Assembly (NCBI GenBank): GCA_964016885.1
Contig: OZ024743.1
Location: forward strand, 144,212,001-144,276,000
Length of the DNA stretch: 64,000 bases
Direction of reading: 5' to 3'
Source: Eledone cirrhosa
Taxonomy: Eukaryota
The notes beneath the pieces are model-generated. The model was not told where the DNA came from and searched no databases. It saw only the letters and a list, made by a program, of their open reading frames with translations. The translations under genes were made by a program, and so were the position numbers. Shown here in pieces: positions 1-12,900 of this stretch (its first letter is position 1; the number at the start of each line of letters is the position of its first letter).

Positions 1-330
1 CAAAAAGGGGGATGAGAGGCTTCTTCGATTGTATCAAAGACATGACAACCACCCTAGTGCTGATGCCACCATAAAAAGCACCCAGTACATTCTGTAGAGT
101 ATGGTGGGTGGGGTATAAGAGTTGTACTCCTAAGTCCATCTAAGAGGTCAGTGGCTAAGTACTGACTTCATCTGTGATGATCTGTCAAATCCTTGCTAAC
201 AGGGAAACCAGACATTACATAATATATATATATATATATACATTTATATTATATATAAGCTGCCGTTAAATGATGATGATGATATACATAAATATATATT
301 TACAGACGTTAAATGATGATGATGTTTCTA

Positions 331-723
331 ATAATTATTTCTACTTTTGGCACAAGGCCAGCAATTATCCCAGTGTATTACTGGTACTTTATTTCATCGA
401 CCCCGTAAGGATGAAAGGCAAAGTTAACCTCGACGAGATTTAAACTCAGATCATAAAGGGCAGTAACTCTTTACTGCAAAGCATGGCGTCCGACCCTCTA
501 CCGATACTGCCAATCCACCACCCTTGTTAATAATAATTGTTTCTACTTTAGGCACAAGGCCAGCAATTACCCAGTACATTACTGCTACTTTATTTTCTCG
601 ACTCCGTAAGGATGAAAGGCAAAGTTAACCTCGGCAGGATTTGAACTCAGATCATAAAGGGACGTAACTCTATGCTTCAAAGCATGGTGTCCGACCCTCT
701 ACCGATACTGCCAGTCCACCACC
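331..723 (-). mobile_element. Two tandem tRNA-derived SINEs (family A)
   Basis: Two ~190-bp copies; reverse strand has A-box TGGCAGTATCGG, B-box GAGTTCAAATC and the GCCTTTCATCCTT..GGGGTCGATAAAATAAAGTACCAG core (Nin/Deu-domain-like). Confidence 0.85.
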
Positions 724-1051
724 CTTGTTGATAATAATGATATATGTTGACGGACATTAAATGATGATGGTTATGATAAGGATGATGATATATAGTTATG
801 AAACCTGTCATGTATTAACATCATCGGATGTTTTTTTTTTAAACTCATGTTATACAGATAATTAACAAGTTGTGTTAAGTTATGTTCCTTAACATATGTC
901 TTGTATTCCTAATGAGCTTTTTAATATATATTTTTTAATCTTTTATTTTTAGAAAAATTCAGATGTTTATATACCCATGGTATCTGTTTATTTAAGAAGG
1001 AAATAATTTCCCACACAAGTTTTTATTTTATCTTATATTTTATTATCATTA

Positions 1052-1083
<32 letters not shown>

Positions 1084-1522
1084 GTTGTTTTGTTTTGTTG
1101 CTGTTGTTGTTGTTTATATTTGTTTTTTTAGTATTTAACATTAAGTGTGTGTTATCTGCAGCTAACGCTTTATTTATAAATGCATACACAAACACATACA
1201 CATGCACACACACACAGTCACATACTGACAAAGACATACTAACATATGCACAAACACATGTATCTACACAGCAAGAAGATAAATCCTAAACAGCTGCCAT
1301 AGAATGGTATTCCTATTTATAAACATTTCAGCCCTCTTTCTCTTTCTCTGTTTCTCTGTCTGTCCCTCTCTCTCTCTCTCCCTCCCTCTCTCTCAAACTT
1401 CTTTCATTCCCTTTCTAGAATCTTCTTCACTCTGATATCGCCTTAAGGAAATACGGATTGTAGTATTCCGGCAGAGCATTTATCTTTTAAGAAACTTGAT
1501 CAAATATCCACCATTACCACTG

Positions 1523-1599
<77 letters not shown>

Positions 1600-3499
1600 C
1601 TTACTAAAATTTCACCTCAAAGTTCAGGAATCTATTCCTTGAGTGTTTATTTTGAAAACAACAGAACTTTCAACACACCTTAAACTATATACATTTATTT
1701 ACTAATATGGAAGATTAAATTTCAAACAGATGGTTAGGTTAAATTTAAGATTTTCCTTTTCTGTTGCCAACAGACTTAAATCAGTAGGCACAATCTAGCA
1801 GTAATATATCATCATCATCATCATAACTGTTTCACTGCTATTTTCCATGCTTGCATGAGTTTGATGGGTTGTCATGTTCAGAAGCTAGATTGGTCAGGTG
1901 ACCATGTCTTGTTCATATGTTCTGTTTTTGGCTTGGTTTCTACAGCTAAATGCCCTTTCTAACAGTGTGTACTGGGAGCATTTTATCGTGGCAGCGGCAC
2001 TGACACCTTACAAGGTGGACTGGGTGTTTTTATTGTGGGGCCCAAAATTACTCAGGCTGAGCAGGGTATGTTTTATCTTTTCATCAACACAACCATCTTA
2101 CAGAGTTGGTTGGGTGTATTTTATATTTGACATCAGCACTGCTCCATTACAACACTAAGATGTTTGTTGTGTCCTCAGCCTAGCTGGAGAAAGCATTGAT
2201 GAGAATGGGGAGTGTAAGTTGGGTGTGTGTTGTTTGCCTGGGAAGAGCAGCTGCTGGGTCCTGATAGGAGCTTTGAAGTGAGTGAATGATGTCTGTAGGG
2301 TGTGCCTGACTTTCCATGTTGGCATGGGTCAGACAAGAAAGATTAACTAGGGATATAAATGTAAGAAGGAGCACATTCTACCTGTGATCCTCAAAATGCA
2401 GAACATGGACAAACATTTTTCTTTCTACCTTACAATGTTTGTTGTGTGTGTACATATATATGTATCATCATCATCATCATCATCATCATCGTTTAACGTC
2501 CATCTTCCACGCTTACATTGGTAGGATGGGTTGACCCCGAGGGAGAGAATCAGGACAGAGGATCATGTTTAGCTCACCTGGGGCAGATTTTGGCTTGGTT
2601 TCTACAGCTGGATGCCCTTCCTAATGCCAACCACATTTACAGTGAGTGTTGGGTGCTTTTTGTCGTATCACCTACATGAACACATTACAGTGTGGACTGG
2701 GCACTTTTTGTTGTCTCACCGACACAACCATTTTACAGTGTGGACTGGGTGTTTTTGTCTTGGAACTAGGGAGGGAGGGGGAGGAAGCTTGGGGAAAATT
2801 GCAGACTTAGGTAATAGGAGAGGGATGGGATGTGTATGAGAGGGAAGAAGGTAGAGGAAGGTGTTGCATATTAGATATATGCCTCAGCTCAAGCATATGG
2901 GAGGGCGGGTCTTCTGTAGTACTGCATAGTGCCAGATATATATGATCTCGGCTCTCATATCTAAACATAATTCTATCAATGAAAACTGTCCTTTTAACAC
3001 ATTTAAGATGGATTATAAGATGCACTATTGCAACTACTTTCACTATTCCCTGACTAGTAGTACTATTTTTATTATAACATCGCTTGAATGAAGTAAATTG
3101 GAGATCGGCAACAAACCACATGTAGACAATGAATGAAAATAAATCACTACGTTGCATGTGAAATTCTATAGGGATCACTGTAAGTACATCCCAAATTCTT
3201 TAAACAAAATATATACAGATTCATATGTAGATACACACCACACATGTATATATGCACACAAAGTGAAAAGAAATCCTGCTATTTCGTGTGTGAGACACTA
3301 TACCGACCATCGTACATACATTATAAACACTTTGCACTGCATACACTCTGGGTATAGACTTCATCTCTAGCCTACATACATCTCTTAAATATATAAAAGT
3401 GTGCAGATCTTTTTCTATACACGCACATACAATACTTAGGAAAAACGGAAACAAAAGCATTTTATTTATCTCCATTAACAAGTGTGCTATACTTATGTT

Positions 3500-4050
3500 C
3501 TAGTGTGCTATACTTATGACATCTGGTGTACTACAGGGATCTGTTCTTGGTCCCCTTTTGTTTGTTGCATATATTTATGACATCGATGTACCTTGAGATA
3601 AAAAAGACAGATCTATAGATCTTTCTTGCAATCAGACTTGGACACAATGCAGCAGTGGACTATGGACTGGCAACTCAAGCTGGACAAGTGTACCACCATG
3701 CATTTTGGGAGGAAAACCCAGCATTCACATACTCCCTCCACAACACCAATCTCAAGAAGTCTTCTTGTAAACTTGACCTGGACATTATTGTCAACAGCGA
3801 TTTGTGTTGGACAAAGTACATCTTTAAAATTGTCAAGACGGCTGAGGGTGTTTTAGTATCACTCAGTAAAACCTTTGTCAGCCGCTCTCCAGCTATCTAT
3901 TTAAAGCTGTATATAGCTATGGTGCGGCCACACTTAGAATTTGCATGACCAATCTGGAACCCCTATCTTGCTCAGAATATTGATCTCCTGGAAACTGTTC
4001 AGAGATGTGCAACCAAATGAATACCCTCCATCAAGCATCTACCATATATA
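3500..4050 (+). pseudogene. Degraded CR1/L2-group LINE reverse-transcriptase C-terminal fragment
   Basis: Translates to TSGVLQGSVLGPLLF and LYIAMVRPHLEFA motifs with stops and frameshifts. Confidence 0.75.
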
Positions 4051-4054
4051 TACA

Positions 4055-4480
4055 TATATCATGACCACTTTACAGTGGGGACTGGGCACTTTTGTCTTGG
4101 AGCTAGAGAGGGGCGGGGTGTCAGGGTAGTAGGGGAGGTATGGTTATCCCTAAGGGAGTGTATGAGAGGGGAGAAGGTTGAGGAAGGTGTTGCCTACTAG
4201 GTATAAGCCTCAGCCCAAGAATAATAGAGGGTGGGTTTTTTGTGATACTGCATGCCGCCAGAGGTTGGTGAGATGTAATTGTGCAAGGTCAGCTTTTATT
4301 ACCTCATCTCAAGTCTTCCTAGACCTGCCCACTCCATGGCTACCATCAACTTTGAGTATTCTGCACTATTTTATACAGCTGTCTTCCTTCATATGCATCA
4401 CATGTCCATACCAACGCAATCTCCTCTCCTGCATGCAACAACTGATCCCTCTTATACCTAATTTCTCATGCAGTACATTT
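4055..4480 (-). mobile_element. RTE LINE 3' fragment
   Basis: EKLGIRGISCCMQERRLRWYGHVMHM matches the RTE ORF end at 35719-37293. Confidence 0.75.
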
Positions 4481-5058
4481 ATATATATATATATATGAAT
4501 TAATATTAAGACATATGCAATGGTTACATAATCATATTTATTGCATAATGCATAGTTTAGTGACACCAGTGTACAGTTGTTATGCAATAATTACAACAGC
4601 AACTGGCATTATGTGAAGAAAATTGGTTAAGTTGATGTACTGCTGGCAAATGCTTCTATGTTTGCAAAAGTCCATATATAATCAGTTTCTGCACAGTTAA
4701 CTTCTACCAAATTTCTCTCAAAAGGCATTTATCAACCAAAAGGTAAGGTGAATTCAAAACCACATATTTGTGATGTAAACTTCTTAACCACTCAGCCATA
4801 CCTGCCCCTAATTTAAAAACAATTTTTTAACATAATGGATATTATTCATATACCTCATCATCATTTTACATTCACTTTCCATGCTGGTATGGGTTGAACG
4901 GGTTGTCAAGTCTGTGACTAGATGGGCCAGGGTGATCTCACCTTTATCCTATGTTCCTAACTAATAATTGAGGTGATAGATAAATTATATAAAGGGGAAT
5001 AACTTCCATAAATTGAAACAGTGCAGTTGTAACAACAATAAATTTTACTTAATCAACA

Positions 5059-5547
5059 TCTCTGTATATATAAAATTCTTTGTCTCTCTGTCTCTCTGTC
5101 TGTTCCTATGCATTCTCAAATGGCTAGACCAAATAAAATCAAATTTTACAAGACCCCAGGAGTGTCAACATGTAATTTTTATTTTCATTTGGATTAAAAC
5201 GATATAATATTTTTATAGTCAACTATAGTAAACCACGACAACGATGACGACGTCACAGTTTGTATATGAATATGTATGTGAGTGTGTCTGTTTGGTACAT
5301 TATTAAATACACACACACATCTACACATACATGAATTACACAATGAATATTGTTTACCCTAAAGTGCTTCAAGATTGATAGATTTTCATTTCTAAATTCT
5401 ATTATCATTACAATTTTTATATTTTTTTTATAAAGTATAGATATTTTGAAATAATTATGAGAAAAAAAACCCATATCTTCATATTTATTGTTAAATAATC
5501 TGAATAAGAACAGCAGTAAATTGGGCAATGCTGGGTAATTCAGCTAG
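5059..5547 (+). mobile_element. Non-autonomous Helitron
   Basis: A|TCTCTGTATATATAAAATTC start followed by TCTG repeats; GCAATGCTGGGTAATTCAGCTAG|T end; no TSD, sits between A and T. Confidence 0.7.
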
Positions 5548-8259
5548 TCATATATATGTTTGTTGTTCCTTCATGATCATAGAAGGCAGAAAGGTGAATG
5601 TGTTACCCTGGAAGATGATGAGTGAGATGTCCTGAAACAGCCAGTCAACCTTAAAGTACCTTTTCTTGTGGATTGCTCATCTTGATGAAAGTGTGTAGAG
5701 AGGTTGTTCAGACACTCAATAGACGAAATAAACCTATTGGTGAAGGGCCAATACTCTGTCAGATTGCAATCTTAGGCCTGATTAGCAACAGAGCCTGGAT
5801 CCAACTCTGAATTCACCAGGTTGCTAATGGAGAAAGTACCACTGCAGGTTGCATTCTGGCTTATCACCTCAGAAGAGGAAAATTAGAAGGCCACCCAATC
5901 TTTTGCCATCCCCTCTCTTTAAAGTTGTTAATGCTAGAAAGGGCATCCACCCAGAAATAATAATGATAATGTCTAATATTCTTGTCACATTAAAAAAGAA
6001 ACCTGCATTTATTCACTGAATGTACATTAATTTTATTTGAAAAGAAAAGCAGCACCAAAGTTTTTTAAATCTTGTGTAGAGTAAAATGTTATGTGTAAGT
6101 CTTCATTGTGTAAAGCATTGAATTACGAAGATTGACCATGTAAAGAATCATCTGATTGTTCTTATTACAAAAAATGGCAAGTCCTCGTATATCATGGGGA
6201 AACCTTTGCTTTTTCTTGAATTTTAAAACATTTTAAACCATACTTGCCTATGATTTTCAAATCATTTTCAAAATAATCAAGAATTTGGAGGAATTTAGTG
6301 ATAAAACTAGCTTTCTGATTACTAAGCTGGTGTTTGGAGAATAATTTAATAAAGGTTTTTACATAAAATTATTTTGGAAGGTTTTTAAATAAATATAAAC
6401 AGAGGTGGTTTCAGGCAATTTGTTATCAAAAGGGTTAAGGATTTCTCAGAGTCATCTATATATCCAAGGAAGAAAAGCTTGTTTGATATTGTTTAATGGG
6501 ACCCTCTCCTAGAGGAATATCAAGAAAGATCATATGAAACTCAATTAGTTCTAGGTGTTGAATATTATTATCAGGAAGTAAGACTGGTTGAGCAACCACA
6601 TATAAGCTTTCTCACTGGCTCACAAACTGCACATTTTATTGTATATAGAGCCTAGGGTGAGATGTAATAAGTTTACAAAGAGTATAATTGGAGTGGACTT
6701 GGTAAAGTTAAAGGAACTGAGTCCCTAGTGGCAGAAGAATCAGAAAAAAAGATATAGCATGCTTTATTAAGGATTGAAGATTATATTAACTAATTTTGAT
6801 TAGGTTTAAAACCACTGTTTTATATGAAAGTGTATAGCCAATTGAAGTGATTCCCAGTGTATTACTGGTAATTATTTTATCAACATAGGAGAGGTGAAAG
6901 ACAAATAGGTGATGTACATTTATTATAATATTTTACTCCAGAGCCATCTTCCCTGTGTGAAATGATAGACAATTACTAGAGAGAAAGAGGAAAAGAGTTT
7001 AAAAGTCAAATGACAGATTCCATGTTAGTTAGTTAGATAAATGTAAACCCTGCTTGTATCCAGTCACTAGAAATACTACTGTATATGTTCATGTCTAAAT
7101 CACTCATTTTCTCACAAAAATATGACATGAAAACCAGCTTGTGACTTTTCTATTGCGCCTACAAAACTTCAATTCAAAATATATGGTACATTGTAAATGC
7201 TGTATGCAAAATGAAAATGCGAGTTATACACAAGTATATATGGTGTGTGTGTATGTGAGAGAAAGAGAGTATGTGTGTCCATGTTTATATATATGTACAC
7301 AAAATTTGGTTAAATTCACATTTACATTTGTTGAATACATGTGTATTCAACATATAAATGTTGTAAATTTAAACAAATTTGATATATTACAATTCTTCTC
7401 TGCTAACTTCAGATATATTTTTACGAAATTCACTACACTATATATACCATATATTTTCATATATAAATCACACCTTTTTCACAAAAATACAATGTGAAAA
7501 TCTATTGACCCTATGAAACCTCAACTTAAAATATATGGTACATTGTAAAGTTGTATGTAAATTGGAGGTATGACTTATCTATCAGTGCAACCATACATGA
7601 GTATATATATGATAGTTTACTTTTCAACATGAAACACCCAAAAGTTCATATTTAACTGATTATTTTACATTATGTAAATCATTTTGTTTTCTTGGCATTT
7701 CAGTCCATTAGAAATTATATGTTGATCCTATACAATGAGTGAATACATTTTAAACATATTTTTATAAAGACTGTATTCACTTCCTTTTGCTGTCATTACA
7801 GTCAATTTTCACCAAAATATTTTTTTGAACTCGAAACAATGGTGGCAAATGGAATTACAAAAACGTATAAAACACGGAATATCTTTGGTAAAAAATTCTA
7901 TGGCATCTATTTTGTTTGTTGGGGACAAACAAAATCTGCATGTTTTTCACTCGACACAAAGACTTTATATTTCAGGGAAACTGTGATGTGGATATCTGCA
8001 ATGTGAATAACTTTTCCCAGAGACATTAGCAGCATATGTGATAAATCTGTATATACATGGATTTTCTTCTGAAACAGCATAATTGGTTCAAATATCTAAG
8101 AATAAAGACCACAATCAATGTTTAAGTTGATAACTTATCAACCTATTGATATCTGTGTGTGTGTGTAAATATATATACATATATATATTATATATATTCT
8201 TGCCATTGAAAAAAAGCAGTCCACTTCAAATAATTGTTTTTTACATTTTAAGTGCCAAA

Positions 8260-8430
8260 CTATCTTATCTTATGGTACTTTCGTAAAGGAACATCGAAAT
8301 CTGTGGGTCTTCTTGCAAATGATTGATCGAAGGCAATATCAGATGGCAAATAATCTCGAGATTCATCAATATCTGATGTACAGACAATCAATGGCTGGTC
8401 ACATGCATCTGGGTTATAAGATATGGCATG
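8260..8430 (-). CDS. 4TM gene last coding exon (cytoplasmic tail, TAG stop)
   Basis: Polypyrimidine tract ending ctttatgcag; 56 codons then TAG at 8260-8262; followed by repeat-poor AT-rich sequence consistent with a 3' UTR. Confidence 0.8.
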   Translation of the reverse strand, partial: HAISYNPDACDQPLIVCTSDIDESRDYLPSDIAFDQSFARRPTDFDVPLRKYHKIR

Positions 8431-9954
8431 CTGCATAAAGAGAAAAAAGGAAATAAATCATGCTGGAGAAGTATTTGAGGTCATGAAAAGGAAATTTGTA
8501 AATTCTTGTACTTCTTAACTGATCCCAATCATTAGACTGTAATCATGCTGAGGCACTGCCTTCAAAGGATTTTAATAGATATATCATCCCCAGTATGCAA
8601 TTTTTTCAAGTCTGGTAATTATTTTATTGATCTCTTTTTGACAAACTGCTAAGTAACAGGACATAAACAAACAGTAAGCATAAACACACACATACACATG
8701 ATGGGCTTCCACACAGTTTTTGTCAACAAAATTTCTGTTATAAGGCATTGGTTAACCTGAGGTTAAATTAGAAGACATTTGCCCATGGTGCCATGCAGTT
8801 TGATTGAGGCTACACTAAAAGTAGGGCACACTAGAAAATATAATCCAGTGTACAACATTTCTGAGAAAAAGATATGATTTGATAGAGATTTGACTGCTAT
8901 TTGTTTCAACATGAGTAACTATATTAGCTCAAAGCAAAATATATTAGCTCAAAGCAAAATAATAAGCTCAAAATAAAGTAAATATCAAAAATATACAAAT
9001 AAACAAACAAACAAACAAACAAACAAACAAACAGATAATTTACCACTTGTAAACAGGCTGGTGATTCATGGTAGTGAAGTATGGCTGCAGTACACAGAGT
9101 TATACCAAAAACCATAAAAGCTAATATCCCTGCCACAGGACTGAGGACTGCAAGAGCTAGAACTGGCTGGAAAATTAATAAAATACCGAATAGTTTATAT
9201 TAGGCAATGTAGTAATTATTGTTTTAGGAAAGTCAGTACAATCCATTTCCTTTCTTTTGAAAAATGGATCCTAGCCTTGAAATATCATAAAATATAAATA
9301 AGGTAAACAGTTGTCTCTACTCTAGTCTTCACTCTTGCATTTCTAATTTGTATTGTAGTGGCTTTTCCCCAGAAAATCACAAGAGAAATTTTCAATAGAG
9401 TTTCGATGAAAGTATTACATCTAATGACTGAATGAACATTAGGAAAATTGAATAGACAGCTAACAGTATCTTTGATAAACAAAACAAATATTTGTTATTT
9501 CATTCTTCAGAAAGAAGATGGGCAATTTTTGTTAATAATTCCAGTTTGAGAAATCATTAACAAAATTTAGTTATATCTTATAATTATATAGAGTTTGTTG
9601 GACAAAAATAATTGGGAAAACTGCTTAAAAGTTTGTTTGGTTCTTATACTATTTTTTTTTTTTTTTTTTTACTAAATGTTAATTTTTTTTGAAAAACTGA
9701 CATCTAGATACACGTTCCATAATAAAATCTATTTTTTAAGGGTATACAATTCAAGTAACTTTTATTTTTAAGATGTATGTATCGATTCCACTCTGAGTGA
9801 GTGTGTGGTTTAGTGGTTAGAGTATTGGTTTCACAATCATTGTATGGATAGAAGGTTGCTGGTTTTTCTCAAACCCTCTTGTTGATGTACACTCCAGGTG
9901 CAAACCCACAGTCGGTCATGACTGAAGTGGAGTGGGAGCTTAACTACACACACA

Positions 9955-9991
<37 letters not shown>

Positions 9992-12900
9992 ACACCCATT
10001 TGATATGTACACCCGCATATATTACGTACTTATATATTAATAGCTCCAACTATTCTGGGTAGTTTAATTTGCTCTCTTTTATAGCAGTTTATGATTCTGA
10101 ACTGAAATAGATATAATCCCGTAGCCAACCTTATAACTAGTCGATAAATCTAATCTAAAAACCGTTCCTCCTCAGAATTTCACTCCAAAATGTGGAGTAA
10201 TGACGACGTAGTATTAAATTGTTTTGAACTATGAATATAAATACACTCTTCTAATTCATAAGGCCTACTCTCATATTTCTTTCGTGTAACCTATACCATG
10301 TTTATCTGACACTATACGCGTACCTCTATCTGTGTCTGTTTGTGTGTAAATTCCTTGGAAACTCTGAGAGCTATATTGCGAAAGTAATAAGGTAATAAAT
10401 AATTTCAATGTATTTCCTTAGAGTGATCTCTATAAATACATATGCACATACTTTGCCAAGATATGGTCATGGGCAATAACTCTTGCTTTCTGACTTTCAT
10501 TTCCAGCATAAGTCACATTATGTAGGCGGGGACAGTCGATTTGTATTGACTTAGCAATACTTGGCAGGAAATTATTTATTCGACCCCGGAAGGATGAACG
10601 GCAAAATCGACCTTGGTGCGTTTTGAACTCAGTAGGTAAAGGAAGGTATCTAAAACACTGCAAGTCATTACATAATTTTTGTTACTCCATACCTCACTAT
10701 GATGCCTTGAAAATTTATTGATGGTCACTTCAATATGCTGCTTGGTAAACACAGATCTTTGCTGATGGTGCTGCTGTACTCTTTAGATGTTTTAGCCCCT
10801 TCCACCTTAACACCAGAACTACTCGGGGCCACCCACTGATGTAGGTGACGAATCTCCTGCACATCAACATAATCTTAGTTGGGTCTGATGTGACCCCATC
10901 TATCGCAACACATCAGAACAACATGAAATTCATTAGGTCTGGTGTTATGACTGAGCGAAACGTCTTCGTCCACCTCAATGTATCAGGTGCACAATTCATC
11001 TTCTTTTTTAAGCCAGATATAGTAACTAGTTTTCTCAGCTGCCTCCGATAATGCCGTCGAAAGGTGTTTCCTTTTCTTTGTTGCCAGTCCTAGGCCTCTG
11101 AGGATGCAAATCAGCCCTGGTTCTGACAATTCCTCTGACTCCTACCTCTACATGGAAACAGGATACTTCCCAACCAGCTTAATAAATAATAACTGTTTCT
11201 ACTTTAGGCACAAGGCCAGCAATTACCCAGTGCATTACTGGTACTTTATTTTATCGACGCCGTAAGGATGAAAGGCAAAGTCAACCTCGGCGGGATTTGA
11301 AATCAAACCGTAAAGGGACGCAATTATGCTAGAAAGCATGGCGTCCAACCCTCTACCGATACTGCCAATTAAATAATTGTTTCTACTTTTGGCACAAGGC
11401 CAGCAATTATCCAGTGCATTACTGGTACTTTATTTTATCGACCCTGTAAGGATGAAAGGCAAAGTTAACCTCGGCGGGATTTGAACTCAAACCATAAAGG
11501 GGCGTAACTCTTTGTTGCAAAGCATAGCGTCAGACCCTCTACCGATACTGCCAATCCACCGCCAATTAAATAATAACATTTTATATTTACAATATTAGGT
11601 AAAATTATAACATATTCCAATTTGAAATTGACTATTAAGAAAGAAAGAAGCTGATTGTCTGATCAGACTAAGGAAATTATGTTTCCATAAAATTTTCTAT
11701 TGCTGATTCTATGGTTCCATTAGCCTTTCTATTGCTGATACTATGTTTCCACTGGTATTTCCATTACTGATACTATGTTTCCACTGGTATTTCCATTACT
11801 GATACTATGTTTCCACTGGTATTTCCATTACTGATACTATGTTTCCATTAGTATTTCCATTACTGAAGGGCGGTGGATTGGCAGTATCAGTGGAGAGTCG
11901 GACGCCATGCTTTCCAGCATAGTTACGTCCCTTTACGATCTGAGTTCAAATCCCGCCGAGGTTAACTTTGCCTTTCATCCTTACGGGGTCGATAAAATAA
12001 AGTACCAGTAATGTACTGGGTAATTGCTGGCCTTGTGCCAAAAGTAGAAACAAGTATTTCCATTACTGATACTATGTTTCTATTGGTATTTCCATTACTG
12101 ATACCATGTTTCCACTGGTATTTCCATTACTGATACCATGTTTCCACTGGTATTTCCATTACTGATACCATGTTTCCACTGGTATTTCCATTGCTGATAC
12201 TATGCTTCTATTGGTATTTCCATTGCTGATACTATGTTTCCATTACTAATACTATGTTTCCACTGGTATTTCCATTGCTGATATTGCCTGTTAGCTGCAA
12301 CTTATGGCAAATACATCTCCATTTTTTTCTGTTAAAAAGTGGCAGAATTTGAACTAAAAACATACAAAGCTGGATCCCATATAGCAAAGTATCACATCCA
12401 ATACTTTAACACTTCTGCTACTTTGTCATGGCTGCACTGGAAAAGTTGACCCTGGCAGGATTTGAACTTGGAGCACAGAGTGTCAGAACAAATACCACAT
12501 AGCATTCTTTCTGACATCCTAACAATTCTGCCAATTTGCTGTGTGATGAAGCAACTGAATAAAGTGTTAAAGTCTTTCTCAAACACAAAAGTTCATCAGA
12601 CTAGAGCCTGTCTCACTTCATGTTACCTTAAGAGATTGAGAGTAGAGCTTGTCTCAGTTTCATGTGGTATCATGTGACAGTGTAGAGCTTATCTCAGTTT
12701 CATGTGGTATCATGAGACAGTGTAAAGCTTATACCAGTTTCATGTGGTGTTAAGAAACTGAGAGTAGAGGTTGACTCAGTTTCATGTGGTTTTAAGTGAC
12801 TGAGAGTAAAGCTTATCCTAGTTACATGTGGTGTTAAGTGACTGAGAATAGAGCTTATCTCAGTTACATGTGGTGATAAGTGACTGACTGTAGAGCTTAT

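Noticed and set aside
10690-11170. GC-richer stretch that looks coding
   Set aside because: No sustained open frame with convincing splice sites found and it is not needed for the 4TM reading frame; probably an old repeat that I cannot identify.
11867-11960. tRNA-like A and B boxes here and at many other sites
   Set aside because: They are SINE heads with extended spacing, a conserved downstream core and TSDs; no cloverleaf tRNA gene is supported.
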